Part shown: piece after piece, positions 51,494 to 64,000 of the stretch | Position numbering within the stretch: the stretch's first letter is position 1 | How the letters are laid out: each line of letters starts with the position of its first letter | Assembly: GCF_001194135.2 (NCBI RefSeq) | Contig: NC_068992.1 | Location: 51,765,337 to 51,829,336, forward strand | Reading direction: 5' to 3' | Source of the DNA: Octopus bimaculoides | Taxonomy: Eukaryota | DNA length: 64,000 nt | The notes under the pieces: generated by a model | Told to the model about the DNA's origin: nothing | What the model saw: only the letters and a program-made list of their open reading frames with translations | The model's database searches: none | Made by a program: the position numbers and the translations under genes

Positions 51494-52387
51494 TATAATA
51501 TAATTAAGATTCAGCTAAATTAAGTACTTAAATTGATTTGTAAACTTTAGAATTAAATTAGGTACTTAAATTGATCTAAAACTTTTAATAATTACAATAT
51601 ATATTTACTCCTTCCCAATGGTGAATCTCGTCTATCACGGTTGATATATAATATACCTATTTTTTAATAGATTCTTAAAATTCGCACCTCCCCTAAATAC
51701 ATACCCTCTAAAATCTGTTACTATTCTACCTCGATCATTTTCTTTGATGTACTTTAGATATATTTTATAAACCCATTTCCAGAGGGAATTTTGTCTCTAT
51801 TAAAACTTGGTATACTGATATTTTATTTTTTATCTTGTATTAATAATAATATTCTGGCTATAACCTTTTCTATATACCAATACCATTATAAATAAATCTT
51901 TTTATTTTATTTCATATCATATCCTTCCTTGTATCTTTTTGTACCTTTTTATATCATCCTTTTATATGTTCATATAAAAAAAAAAAATTATATTTTATAA
52001 ATTTTTCTATATTTTATATTTTTGTATTTTATGCCATTATATATATTTTGTATATTTTTCATGATTTTTATAGTTTTTGCTATAATATATATTTTTTAAT
52101 TACACATTGTATCTTAAAAATCTTATATTTTATTTTTTATATTTTATGCTTTTATATATTTTTATAGTTTTTATAACTTATAAATTTGTGACAATTTATA
52201 CTTTTTTTAATAAAATTCACTGTATACTGTAATCTTATTTTATTTTATATTCTTTAGTCACATGATATTCATTATGAGACTATAGGACTAGATTTAATTA
52301 AATCTTGTATCTGAATGTACTCCTTTATATATTTAGGGTTTTATATATAAGGGTTTTTCTATTATTATTATTATTATTATTATTATT

Positions 52388-52618
52388 GAGTGAGAGAGCA
52401 GTGCATGCCATCAAAGTGACACTGGGGTAAAATATACGAAGCCCATTATACCNNNNNNNNNNACTGGGGTAAAATATACGAAGCCCATTATACCCATCAT
52501 GACTACCCGTCTGATAAGGGTACACCAGGCACATGCATCACAACCATATGTGCACGACCTGGTGATCTCATATCAAGATTAAAAGTGCATGACCTCGCAG
52601 GTGGGGCCCAGTTAGAAC

Positions 52619-52651
<33 letters not shown>

Positions 52652-53030
52652 CTACTACTAACACTATTATTATTACTACTACTAGTACTACTACTATTTT
52701 CATCATCATTATTATTATTATTATTATTGAGTGAGAGCAGTGCATGCCATCAAAGTGACACTGGGGTAAAATATACGAAGCCCATTATACCCATCATGAC
52801 TACCCGTCTGATAAGGGTACACCAGGCACATGCATCACATCCATATGTGCACGACCTGGTGATCTCATATCAAGATTAAAAGTGCATGATCTCGCAGGTG
52901 GGGCCCAGTTAGAACTTATTATTATTATTATTATTATCACTACTACTAACACTATTATTATTACTACTACTAGTATTACTACTATTATCGTCATCATTAA
53001 TATTATTATTATTATTACTATATAATAGCT
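52388..53030 (-). mobile_element. Two tandem 5'-truncated copies of the (TAA)n-tailed family F, each with the same compound microsatellite
   Basis: Copies at 52388-52619 and 52729-52916 share a truncation point (...CCCAGTTAGAACT) and flanking TTA/CTA/CAT runs. Confidence 0.85.
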
Positions 53031-53340
53031 TGTTACCTGTCACTATGCTGCCAGCAAAACTATTTGTTGATTATGTATGTACCTTCACAAATTGTTCAAA
53101 TAACGTTTAGATTGACTTTTTGAGTGGAGATTAACAACAGCTTGAATACTGTTGTTGAACAATAAACATTTATCTAAACTACAGTTTTTTTTTCTTTTTT
53201 CATGAAACAAATCTTAATTCTATCTTTCACACACATTATTTCTCTCTCACTGTATTTCTTTCTCCTCAAGAACAATAAACAAACTGTCTTTTTAGTGAAA
53301 GTGTTTTTTAAGTCTGTGTTACATTGTCTATAAGATGAAA

Positions 53341-53377
<37 letters not shown>

Positions 53378-53927
53378 ACACAGACACACACAAAGAAAAC
53401 CAAAAACATAACTATGTGCACTATATATGTTTGATGGAGAAATGTCATGGCCTTGTATGGTATAGCTAGTTAAAAGTTGATTGTTATAGATTGAAAGTCT
53501 TTTTCTGTATTCAGTGATGCAGTGAGATGATAGACCTGCACTTAAAATTTCTACGTTTTTAATCAAAACTTATTAGTTACAAGCGTGACAACACTACCTA
53601 TCTATCTATCTATTTATCTATCTATGTTTCACACACACTCTCCTTCTCTCACTGTATTTCTCTCTCAGTAACAGCTTTTTCTCCTCACCTTCTTCCTTCC
53701 TTCTACACATATATCGTAACAGAGGTTATCTTCCCTTTTTATTCCTCCTCTTCTTTCATACATAAAAAGGTAATACATGTTTGCATGTATGCATATATTC
53801 AGTTTCTCTCTTCAAAATCAATTAACAAGATTTTGGTCAATCTGGGGCTATAGTTGAAGACACTTGCTTAAGTTGCCATGCAGTGGGACAGAAACCCACA
53901 TAACCATACCTACATGTGCGTGCGCAT

Positions 53928-53976
<49 letters not shown>

Positions 53977-54865
53977 AGTAGTATTGTTATTTAGCCATTA
54001 TAAAGCAAACCTATAACCGAAGGGATTTCAAATGTAACTAATCTATCTTTAATTTTTATATGCAGTGTATCTAAATCTACAGACTCTAACAGATTTTTAG
54101 ACAATAGGATGTATGAATACAATTTGACCCGTCAATTCAATTTAACCTCCAGTCAAGTAACTACCAAATAAGAAAATCCTAAACAAAGAAATTGTTTAGT
54201 TAAAAAGAACCACAAACAAAAGATGGAAGTTATTCAAACTTTGCTAAATACCATTCTAGAAAATCTTTGTGTGTGTGAGTGTGTGTGTGAGTGTATGTGT
54301 GTTTGTGTGTGTTTCCTGTGTGCTCTATATTTCTTTTTCTTTCTCTTTTCAACTATCTAATGTTATATATTTACAGAAATCAGATAAGTTTTTCTCAGAC
54401 AAAACTGTCAGCTAAGTAAATAGAGAGAAGACTGGAGTGAGACAAAGCCATATGCATTCATCCAACCCATGCTTATGTAGGAAAACAGATGTAAAATAAA
54501 CACGTAAATGAACAAATATACATATCTGTAGACACCTGTATGTGTCACGTATCCACCATAATGTGATGTCTATCTAATATTTAACTCAATAAAACTAATG
54601 CCATAATTTTTCTCATGAATTGTGGCTAAAAACCAAATAAAAGTTTCCATCTTGCTCCAGTTAAATAAAAGACCTTTAAAACACTTAACATGAAATGAAA
54701 TAGCAACAGAAGCAGTAAAACTAGACCAAGTTGTATGCCAGACAGTGGGAAAACCTTAAAATACTGGGGCTGCAAATGGAAATACAATCAATATGCTGCA
54801 GGGGAACAAATACAGGACTGACTGCCTTTCTTGTCACAAACTCTGATCTGTTTTATTTTTGTAAG

Positions 54866-54979
54866 GAATGAATCTTTTATCCCATGTGAGATCGAAGGCA
54901 TGAAGGAAGTGGAGGATTTCTTGACCAGAGAACGGACAACAGCAACAAAACCCGTACATCACAACTTTCAGAGACATGA
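54866..54979 (+). CDS. Candidate 114-nt phase 2-2 coding exon (NESFIPCEIEGMKEVEDFLTRERTTATKPVHHNFQRH), protein not recognised
   Basis: TTTTATTTTTGTAAG acceptor and GA|GTAAGA donor. Open frame with balanced composition amid AT-rich and microsatellite DNA. The AAG acceptor is a less common type. Confidence 0.4.
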
Positions 54980-55003
54980 GTAAGACGTCAACAAACGGGC
55001 ATG

Positions 55004-55045
<42 letters not shown>

Positions 55046-55134
55046 CACATCTATATGAGAGCTTGTTTTGGGGCTGTTCCTGTGCTCGTACTCTTTCCCC
55101 TGAGGAAGAATACATTTCTTTCCATAGCATGTAA

Positions 55135-55465
55135 AATACACCATTTCAAGCATGGCCGTTGCCAGTAAGACATCCGAGCGAGATCATTGCCAGTGCCACT
55201 GGACTGGCTCCTGTGCAGATGGCACATAAAATACACCATTTCGAGCATGGATGTTGCCAGTACCTCCTGACTGGCCTTCGTGCCGGTGGCACGTAAAAAC
55301 ACCCACTACACTCTCGGAGTAGTTGTCATTAGGAAGGGCATCCAGCTGTAGAAACTCTGCCAGATCAGATTGGAGCCTGGTGTAGCCATCTGGTCCACCA
55401 GTCCTCAGTCAAATCGTCCAACCCATGCTAGCATGGAAAGCGGACGTCAAACAATGATGATGATG
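55135..55465 (+). mobile_element. RTE-type 3' UTR (family E)
   Basis: Collinear with 21692-21990 and ending in (GAT)n. Confidence 0.78.
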
Positions 55466-57105
55466 AGCTCTATGAGCTAACAAATGAAACACTTTGCAAT
55501 TTTAAAGATCCAGCATTGTTTACAGTAAGAAATTAGAGCAATCTGTCATTGCTACTTGAAACTTGTTAGGCCCCACTGAAATGATAGACTGTTGATCACC
55601 TAATCCTCTGCTGGTTGCTCTTAGCTAAATGGCTAGGAAAACCACGTCCCTACCCTGCCAAGCACACAATGTAACAGAGTGGAATGAAATTCTCAATACT
55701 ATTCAGAGGTTAGATAACTTTCTCTGTATTTCTATGTAGAAGCACCGTTGTGTATTGATTGAAGCCAAACATACAATAAGGAACATTGTGATGATTAATG
55801 CTTCAGTTATGTTTAAACTAATTATCTCTCCTTTTTATTGTTAACCTCTCTGATCGATGAAACAATTCTAGCTATCCTGATATTCAGCAAGATCAGTTCT
55901 CTGAAAAAGCCATAATATTAGAAAGGATAAGGTATAGATAAGACATAATACCAATTATGTTTAAAGTACCAGTTTTCAGGTTAAAATGGTTTCAAATAAT
56001 ATTTCCAAAACACTAAATATTTCGTTAGATATATTCCACTAAGTTACATCTGAATGTCTTTGTAGTTTGCTGCTAATCAGGCATTATAATCAAACCTTTA
56101 TATTCGAAAATATCTATGAATATTTTCAATCAACACTGCTATGTTTATCTAGAAAATAAAAGGAATGCAGTCAGATCACTATGACCTTAGAAATTAAACT
56201 ACATCTTCTATGTTTTGTATGGTCTTGAGTTTTGTCAGCTTAAGTTTCTTTCATAATGAATCAGCTTCATTGAGGTGGAGATCGAATTGGTTGAGCTTAG
56301 AATTCATGAACTTGGAGCGAAATAGGTGGGTAACGCAGGTGACTAATGCCCAGTGCAAGTCAAGTATTGCAGGTGGAAGGCATGCTATTTATTTCTAATT
56401 AGTCTTTGTTCTTTTTCTCATATGGAATTTTGAATCCCTAAGAATTTTGCATAATGGGCAACTATTCCTGTGGCATCATCCATGTTATGCCACTAGTGTA
56501 ATAGAAGCGATAAAAACAAGAAACCAAAAAGAAACACTTGCAACAGCAAACTAGCAGAATCATTAGAATGCCACGAACATTGTTCCGCAGGATTTTCCTC
56601 GGTTCTTTACCTTCTGAGTTCAAATCATGTCAAGATCAACTTTACTTTTTATTGTATTTGGAGTTTATAGAAGAAAGTCCCAATCAAGTAGTGGGGGTCA
56701 ATGGAATAGCCTATTCTTCCCTCTTCTAAAAATGACAGGTCTTGTACCTAAATATGAAGCACTCGTTTATTATATGTTTCCATTTCATGGGATAGTGAAA
56801 TGAACTTACAAGGTGCATCATGTTAAAGAGATTGTAACTTACTTTTTTTTTTCATATACAAAGATACAATGAAATATTTTACTTGTGTGTTACTTATATA
56901 TTATTAAGTACCAATAAAAATAAAAATGCGGGGTGCATCGTATTCAAAAATAAATGGTGCATTATATCATCATCATCACTCAACATAGAAAAGGGACAAT
57001 AAATGATGATGATGATGATGATGATACAACAGGTTTTTGAATATAATGCTATCTCTGATTTTTTGTGCCTAATAAGTTAGTAGTATATCATTATATCTTA
57101 CTTCT

Positions 57106-57540
57106 AGGGTAGCGAGCTGGCAGAAATGTTAGCATGTCATGCGAAATGCTTAGTGGTATTTCGTCTGCCAGTATGTTCTGAGTTCAAATTCCGCCAAGGT
57201 CGGCTTTGCCTTTCATCCTTTCGGGGTCGATTAAATAAGTACCAATTATGCACTGGGGTCGATATAATTGACTTAATCCCTTTGTCTGTCCTTGTTTGTC
57301 CCCCTCTGTGTGTAGTCCCTTGTGGGCAGTAAAGAAATAAGAAGCGTTAGCATGCCAGGCGAAATGCTTAGCAGTATTTTGTCTGTCTTTATGTTCTGAG
57401 TTCAAATTCCGCCGAGCTCACTTTTGTTTTTCATCCTTTCAGGGTTGATGAATTAAGTACTAGTTACATCTGGGGTCGATCTAATCAACTGGTCCCTTTC
57501 CCCAAAAAATTTTGGGCCTTGTGCCTAGAGTAGAAAAGAT
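57106..57540 (+). mobile_element. Head-to-tail SINE dimer: full B1 plus 5'-clipped B2
   Basis: B1 57106-57335 ends GGGCAGTAAAGAAATAAG and is followed at once by CGTTAGCATGCCAGGCGAAATGC...TGCCTAGAGTAGAAAAG. Confidence 0.85.
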
Positions 57541-59399
57541 CATATCTTACTTCTTACAATTATAATGTTTCCCACTAATTTTGCCCCATATATTTTGTAT
57601 ACTATCACACTATCATACTTTAACTTCTCAGCACCTTGAATAATGCCACCTCCTTCTCTACTACATTCCTCACTCCCACTCAGTCAAGGGAAGATTTTTT
57701 TTTTTTTTGTTTTGCAAGCTACATGACAACCTCACATGCGCTAGTTCTGTGATAAAGCCACAATATACTCTGTGAAGGGTATCCAGCTGTAGAAACCAAG
57801 TGAAAATGCTGACATCAGAGCTTGACACAGTCCTAAAACACATCACATGCTACCAAATTTTCTAACCCATATCAGTATGAAATTTAGACATTAAATAAGA
57901 ATGGTGATGATAAGTAGCCAAAATTGTTTGTATTGAACTCACCACTCATAATCCAATACCTCACAGGTATTTAACTGCAATGAAATGAAATGGAAAGCAA
58001 ATCCCTGTGTAAACACTAACTTGAGAATTGTCTAAAGATATATGTAAGATGTCATCTGCTAACATCATATATATATCACCCAACATTACAACTTATGTCA
58101 AACAGTTCAATTAATAAATAATCTTGCTTCAAATATTTGTTTTATTGTCTGAGAGCAAGATATTCCTTCAGCAATAATATAACAGTACCAAATCTATTGC
58201 AGTAACTCATATATGCCATGTTTCTAGTTTAGTTAAATCCTAAATTGAATGCTTATATTATGTGAAACAGTCTGTTGTATTAGACTAGGACAGAATAGAT
58301 ATTCAACTTTAATATTGGAAGCTTGAATGACTGTATGAATGTGTGTGCTTGTGTATGTGGTGTTGCTATTGTTGACTAATCTTCGTTAACTATGTTTATA
58401 TCGAAATCAAATATATGCACGTTCTATTTTCTTCAATAATCTAACGTTGATATTAGTACTGTTTGAATAAGATCTAAAGCATACTTCCAGCCAAAATTGC
58501 ACTTTCTTTGGTATTTTGTTAGCACAGATTCGTTATTGAAATGGAACCATGAAACCCATGTCAACATGGAATATATGGTCATTAGGTTAATGGCATTAAT
58601 GTGTTGCAGGTAAATGTGGGTTTTGCAATTAAAGCATCAAGGTTCAGCCGCAAGAATAAGGAAGCCGGAAATGTTGTTTCAACTTAAACTCCTTTAATGC
58701 TTTGCTATAATTTACACAGAGAGATGTATGGGAAGCCAGGGAAATCAAACTCATTGACAGCTACATCAACAACAGCCATAGCAGTAGCAGTAACAGCAAT
58801 CACAACAACAACAACAGTAGTAGCAGTGATAGCAACAGCAACAACAACACAAATAACAACAGCATTAATTTGTTGGCATCATGTTAAAGACGTATTAACA
58901 TTTTGTTGGCAATATAAACTTTGTATTATCATTATATTAACAATATACTTACAGAAACCTGTTTGGCTATTGATCAAAGTCAATTATCTGATGGTATCCT
59001 GTAGAGTTAATAATTCTGTCATTCTTTAGCCAAACATTGGCATCTTCTGGTCACTGCGATGTGATTGGTTTGTCATGTCTTGTAACAAGAATTTCAAGTG
59101 ATATATTGATATTTGTTATGAGAAGACATCAACCATGAAATATTTGAATCTATTTCTATTTCCTCATTTACTTTGCTGTGTTGTTATGTATATCACTTAT
59201 AAAACATTAACTGCTTATTATGTTTGTGGTTGAATGCAAATTCTAGGCTTTGTTGCTGACTCATCTACATCTCAGTAACACTCAGAACACATGTGGACAA
59301 AATATATTCCCTTGTGTCTTTAATCAGTATATCTGTTTTTTTAGCTATAACTTTTCATGTTTATGTAGCATAGTTGCATAATACAATATTTCAACAAGA

Positions 59400-59612
59400 T
59401 AAGGCATCAAGCTAACAGAATCATTAGCACATTGGACAAAATGCTTAGCAGCATTTAGTCTGTCTCCACATTCTGAGTTCAAATTCTGTTGAGGTCGGCT
59501 TTGCCTTTCATCCTTTCGAGATTGATAAAATAAGTACCTGTTGAGAACTGGGGTTGACGTAATTGTCGTACCCCCTCCCACAAAATTACTGGCCATTTGC
59601 CAAAATTTGAAA
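59400..59612 (+). mobile_element. SINE family B2
   Basis: AAGGCATCAAGCTAACAGAATCATTAGC...GTCGGCTTTGCCTTTCATCCTTTCG. Confidence 0.8.
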
Positions 59613-60882
59613 ATAATATTTTCACAACATATTCATAATGCATTTGTTGCAATGTCATTCCAGATATTTAGAAGTTATTTGAAATATATAAAAGATCATA
59701 CAATGTATGGCTAATTGCGATTAAGGAGAAAGGGGAAAAACAATCAATTGATATAAAGAGATTTAGAGAACATTGCTTAAATTGTTTTTTGCCACACAAC
59801 CAAGACCAAGTATGAATTCTAGTGTTCTAGTCTCAATTTCAGGTCAGCTCATTTCCTTTGCTTACTGTTCAAATATCAGTGGTAAAACAATGGACATTGC
59901 AACTCTCATTTCCTCTTCCAGAAAAACACTGCAGTATTACATCATAGTTAATGAATACCTAATTGTGGAAACTCCAAGCACTAACTGGATATTTTATCCA
60001 TAAAGCATGAAGCAGTGTTTAATGTCATGCTTTGGTAACTAAATAAAAGTCACATACAACTGGACACAAATGAATAAGTGGTGTTGTATAAAGGAACATA
60101 TCATTCAACCCTCAGTAACTAAGTACATTTAATTACAAATAGGTACTACAACACTACTTCATTTACTTGTAGTACTGAATCCAAGTTCTTACTTGTACAC
60201 ATAGAATTGTTAGGCCATAGTTTTTCTTTTTATTAATCAGTCAAGAGGCTGGATTATTCCAATGACCTGTGCAGTTTCTCTGAGACAGGCTCTTTGTAAT
60301 AGAGGCTATCACAACTCATGCATCTCCACTAATCATAACTTCATTTTCTCTATATAGATTAGCTGAATGTCGGTGACATTCAGATACAAACAACTATAAG
60401 TTTTAATCCTTTAACATCAACGAAACATAATTATCACAAATAAATACAGCTAAAACAGCTACCATTCCATTAATATTCCCTCCCATTCCATCCACCCTGA
60501 ATAAGAAAGAAATTGATTGATTCCAGGAATGATTTGCTCAAGATTCAGTTCACTACAATAATGTTTAAATATTCTTTAAAAAAGTTATGGCTTGTCCAAG
60601 CCAGATGGAGTTATTTATAAACATGGCACTTTAATTTTGCAGAAATGCTGGACAATTATTTGTTCTGTTGTTGAAATACAATAGACTTTTCTTCGGATAT
60701 TTAACGACTGTCTAGAAGCATAAATTCTTGACACGCTCATGCAATCATTCAAATCTGCCAAAAGTGATTTTTGATAAAAAAATTATTCTACATCTCATAA
60801 ATTTTGACTTTTAACATTTTTCTTCCCAAACATTTTAGACCACATATGTATATAGATATGTGTATGCATATGTGATGGGATT

Positions 60883-60920
<38 letters not shown>

Positions 60921-61141
60921 ATAAGTAAAACATAACAAGAGAGCATATTTTAAAATATTAGGTTAGAATTATCATACACATGTTTCATTAACAAGGGATG
61001 GTTATCAGTGATATGATGTTAATCAATTCAATTTCATATGGGAATAAACATGGCATCCTAAATACTGGCTTCTTGGCATAGGATATGCATTTAAATCATA
61101 CAATATCAATATCTTTCTCTCTATCTTTATATATATATATG

Positions 61142-61181
<40 letters not shown>

Positions 61182-61187
61182 TGTGTA

Positions 61188-61815
61188 TACACGATGTCCG
61201 ATCAATAAGTATCCAATTTGTTGCTATAGGAGCAAAGCAAAAGCACACAGAGTAAAGCTGCTTAGCAAAGATTGACCTTAAACTCTGCTGTGCATGTGCA
61301 CTAAGTTTTAACATTGTAGCTCACTTCTGCTGTTTACAGGAGTGCTTGAAAGGAAGGTGTTTAGCATGTGATCTTTGCACTGACCATGACAGAGGAAGCT
61401 GTCATGGCAATACTTGCTCAAAGACCTATGTAATGTTGCAGAAAGTGTATGGAGAGGAGTGTATGTGACCACACACAAGTGTACAAGTGGTTCAGACGTT
61501 TCCAAGAAGGTCAAAAAAATGTCAATATTGATGGACGTTCTGGAACACCAACAACCAGCAGAACTGAGAAAAACAGCACTTATGTGTATGCAGCTGTGAG
61601 GGGAATTGTCGAATCCCCATCTGTCAGTTATCAGAGGATGTGTAGATTAGTTACGGTTCAGTTCAGTCCATTATCTCTGAAGATTTGGATATGAGATGCG
61701 TGTCTGCCAAGCTTGTGCCAAAACTGCTTTCAACTGACCAAAACAGACACTCAGGTTTCAGTTGCACAAGATCTCCTTGATTGTGTTGAGAAGAATGAGA
61801 AACTTCGGGGAAAAA
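61188..61815 (+). mobile_element. Mariner 5' half: TIR plus degenerate N-terminal HTH region
   Basis: TACACGATGTCCGATCAATAAGTATCC TIR. TYVMLQKVYGEECM, QVYKWFRRFQEGQKNVNIDGRSGTPTTS, ISYGSVQSIISEDLDMRCVSAKLVPKLL (WVP-motif equivalent). Confidence 0.88.
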
Positions 61816-61819
61816 CTTG

Positions 61820-62420
61820 AAATCTTTTAGTCATATATGGGGCACCATGGCCCACTCTAGCAAAGAGTTATTATTGTTGGAAACATATCCAGGTGTAGGA
61901 AGTTGGTCTGGGAGTTTGGGGAGAAATTTGTCCAAAGAACTTCTGAATTTTGTGGGATCCGTTTCTGTTTTGACATATTTTGGTATATTAAAGAGAGCTG
62001 AACTGGTTGAGGTAAAGTAGTTATGTCATAATGTTGTTATGTGTCCTGAGTTCGATTTTTGTAGTGGGTGGGTAGCATGGGACCAAGTCTTGGATGTATT
62101 TTAAAATTGATGCCAGCATCATTTGTGCAATATTGATGGAATATTTTCCACATCACACAAATGATGTAGCATTCCCGGTGGCATTGGAGAGAGTAGAGAT
62201 TGAGTTTTTTTAGTCGCCTCCAATAGTCAATGCCTATCATGCCATCTGTCTTTCCTGTTACTGACTTCTGGAATGTTTCCACTTTCATAATGAGTTGCTT
62301 CGTGTGGGGAGACCACAGTGGACAACAGTATTCAAGGTGGGGTCGGGTAAAAGTAGAGTAGAGGAGGAGGATGATGGTGTGGGCCCTCTTATTATTTCCA
62401 CACCAATCCTCTCTCATCTA
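61820..62420 (-). mobile_element. CR1/L2-like LINE 3' ORF fragment
   Basis: LYSTFTRPHLEYCCPLWSPHTK...YWRRLKKLNLYSLQCHRE, similar to LY.SLVRP.LEY....WSP...Y.ERL..L.L.SL..RR. Confidence 0.85.
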
Positions 62421-63454
62421 TAAAGTTATTCATCTCATCATAATTTTTACTCTTTTCATCATCCCTTGCCTACAATCATTGCATATTCTCTATGCTATTC
62501 TCCTTTAGTCATAGGGAGTCACATTAAGCCCTTAATCCGTAAGTCTAACAAGTTGGGAGCCAACTGCATTAAAGATGGATCCACAAAAATAAAATAGCAC
62601 CTAGTACACTCTGTACAGAGATTGATGTTAGAAAGACCATTGAACTATAGAGGTCATACCAGCATGGAAGACAGATGTTAAATGATAATGATGAGGAGAA
62701 GACAGAGGAGGAGGAGCAGGAGGTAGGGAGGGAAAAGGGGAAGGAGGTGAGAAGGATGATGGAAAAGACGATCATAAAAATGATGATGATGACGACAATG
62801 ACATTGACGACGACAACGATGACGATGTCAATGACGACGACTACATTAACGAAGAAGATGATGAAGATGTATGTATATATAACGTTTCTCATTGCGCATT
62901 TGTTATCTCTATGACTGAAGAGAAATTACAATAAAAGGGTATCTTTTGGATACAAAATTACATTTCTGCGACAGGATTTGCGAATAAAGTGAATTGAACA
63001 ATTTTTATGTTATCAAATAGTTAGAATGGCACTTCCATGATATAAATTCTTCAGTTTCAATACAGAGTGTCAGATTAAATCATTCGCTGAACAGGTATGT
63101 CTTTGAATTTTCAAAACCTTCATTCAGTTTGCTTACAAAATCCCCAAGGAACACTGTTACATCCAGCCTAAAATAGATGACAACTTCACAGCAAGTTCAC
63201 TTTATAAAGCACTTCATCTCACATAAAAATTTATATTAGGAAGATTCATTTGACAGTTGAGAAACTAAATTTGAAGAAAAGACAGGCTTGCACATTCAGA
63301 CATGTATTAATGAATGCTAAAACTATGTATAAAAACCTTGAGTAACACATTTACATGTCATGTAAAAAAAGATAAGCACTTCGTAGCAGGATGATTCACA
63401 AGGTGGTTGAGTAACCAAATGTAAAGAGAGGACAAACTTGCAGACACTAACATC

Positions 63455-63540
63455 AACACTTTACCATTTAAACCAGTCATATTCAGCCCAAATATTCTAC
63501 ATGTTTTATATTCAAATTAGCCAGTTCAGTACAACCTTTT
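63455..63540. mobile_element. Fragment of piggyBac-like MITE family 1
   Basis: TTTAAACCAGTCATATTCAGCCCAAATATTCTACATGTTTTAT resembles 16532-16580. Confidence 0.6.
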
Positions 63541-64000
63541 GTCCTGCATTACAGTTTTTCACTAATTCATTCATGAGGTTTAGACTTTTGAGATCAGTCT
63601 TCACATTTCTTTCAGTGTCTAACTTAGTCTCTCTATTCCACTGATTCTAGCCATTTGAAGTAAGCGACATTTCTTTATATAATAGACACCATTCCTTTGC
63701 ATCACATTCTATGCCACTGCAAAATTCTCTCCTGCAAATAACATCTGAGTCTTCTTATATCCAGGTTTAGAATCAGCTCATTACAATCCTAGCAGAGATA
63801 ATCACCCTAATCCTATACGTACATACATACATATATACATGCATATATATACATCATTCACTATATTTGCATCCTTCTCCATCTCTTCTCATACCTTACC
63901 CAATGGAGTGTGGTGCAGCTTTCCAGTGTGCCAGCCCCAGTCAAACCGGCATGGACAACGGACATTAAATAATGATGATGATGATGATGATATATATATA

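Noticed and set aside
52330-52356. TTTAGGG/TAAGGG as telomeric repeat
   Set aside because: Only two isolated, non-tandem motifs.
56210-56398. GC-richer patch with several open frames as an exon
   Set aside because: No frame has both convincing splice sites and a recognisable product.

Overview
AT-rich eukaryotic DNA saturated with microsatellites, with six N gaps. The repeat landscape suggests a coleoid cephalopod, probably Octopus; this is an inference from recalled repeat families, not from a search. No complete protein-coding gene is supported. Most listed ORFs are microsatellite or SINE read-through. Recognisable content is transposon debris: several tRNA-derived SINE families, RTE, CR1-like and R4/Dong-like LINE fragments, a Penelope GIY-YIG remnant, mariner/Tc1 and hAT remnants, piggyBac-like and foldback MITEs, a Helitron and possible solo LTRs. 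A few short candidate exons are weakly supported. The most interesting structure is a 541-bp head-to-head palindrome (27714-28254) of a tRNA-headed SINE whose tail carries a minimal Penelope-type hammerhead ribozyme motif. This suggests a Pol III SINE mobilised by Penelope-like machinery. Second is a tRNA-Thr(AGT)-like cloverleaf with an extended acceptor stem inside a direct/inverted repeat array (41.3-41.9 kb). All coordinates and translations were read by hand.
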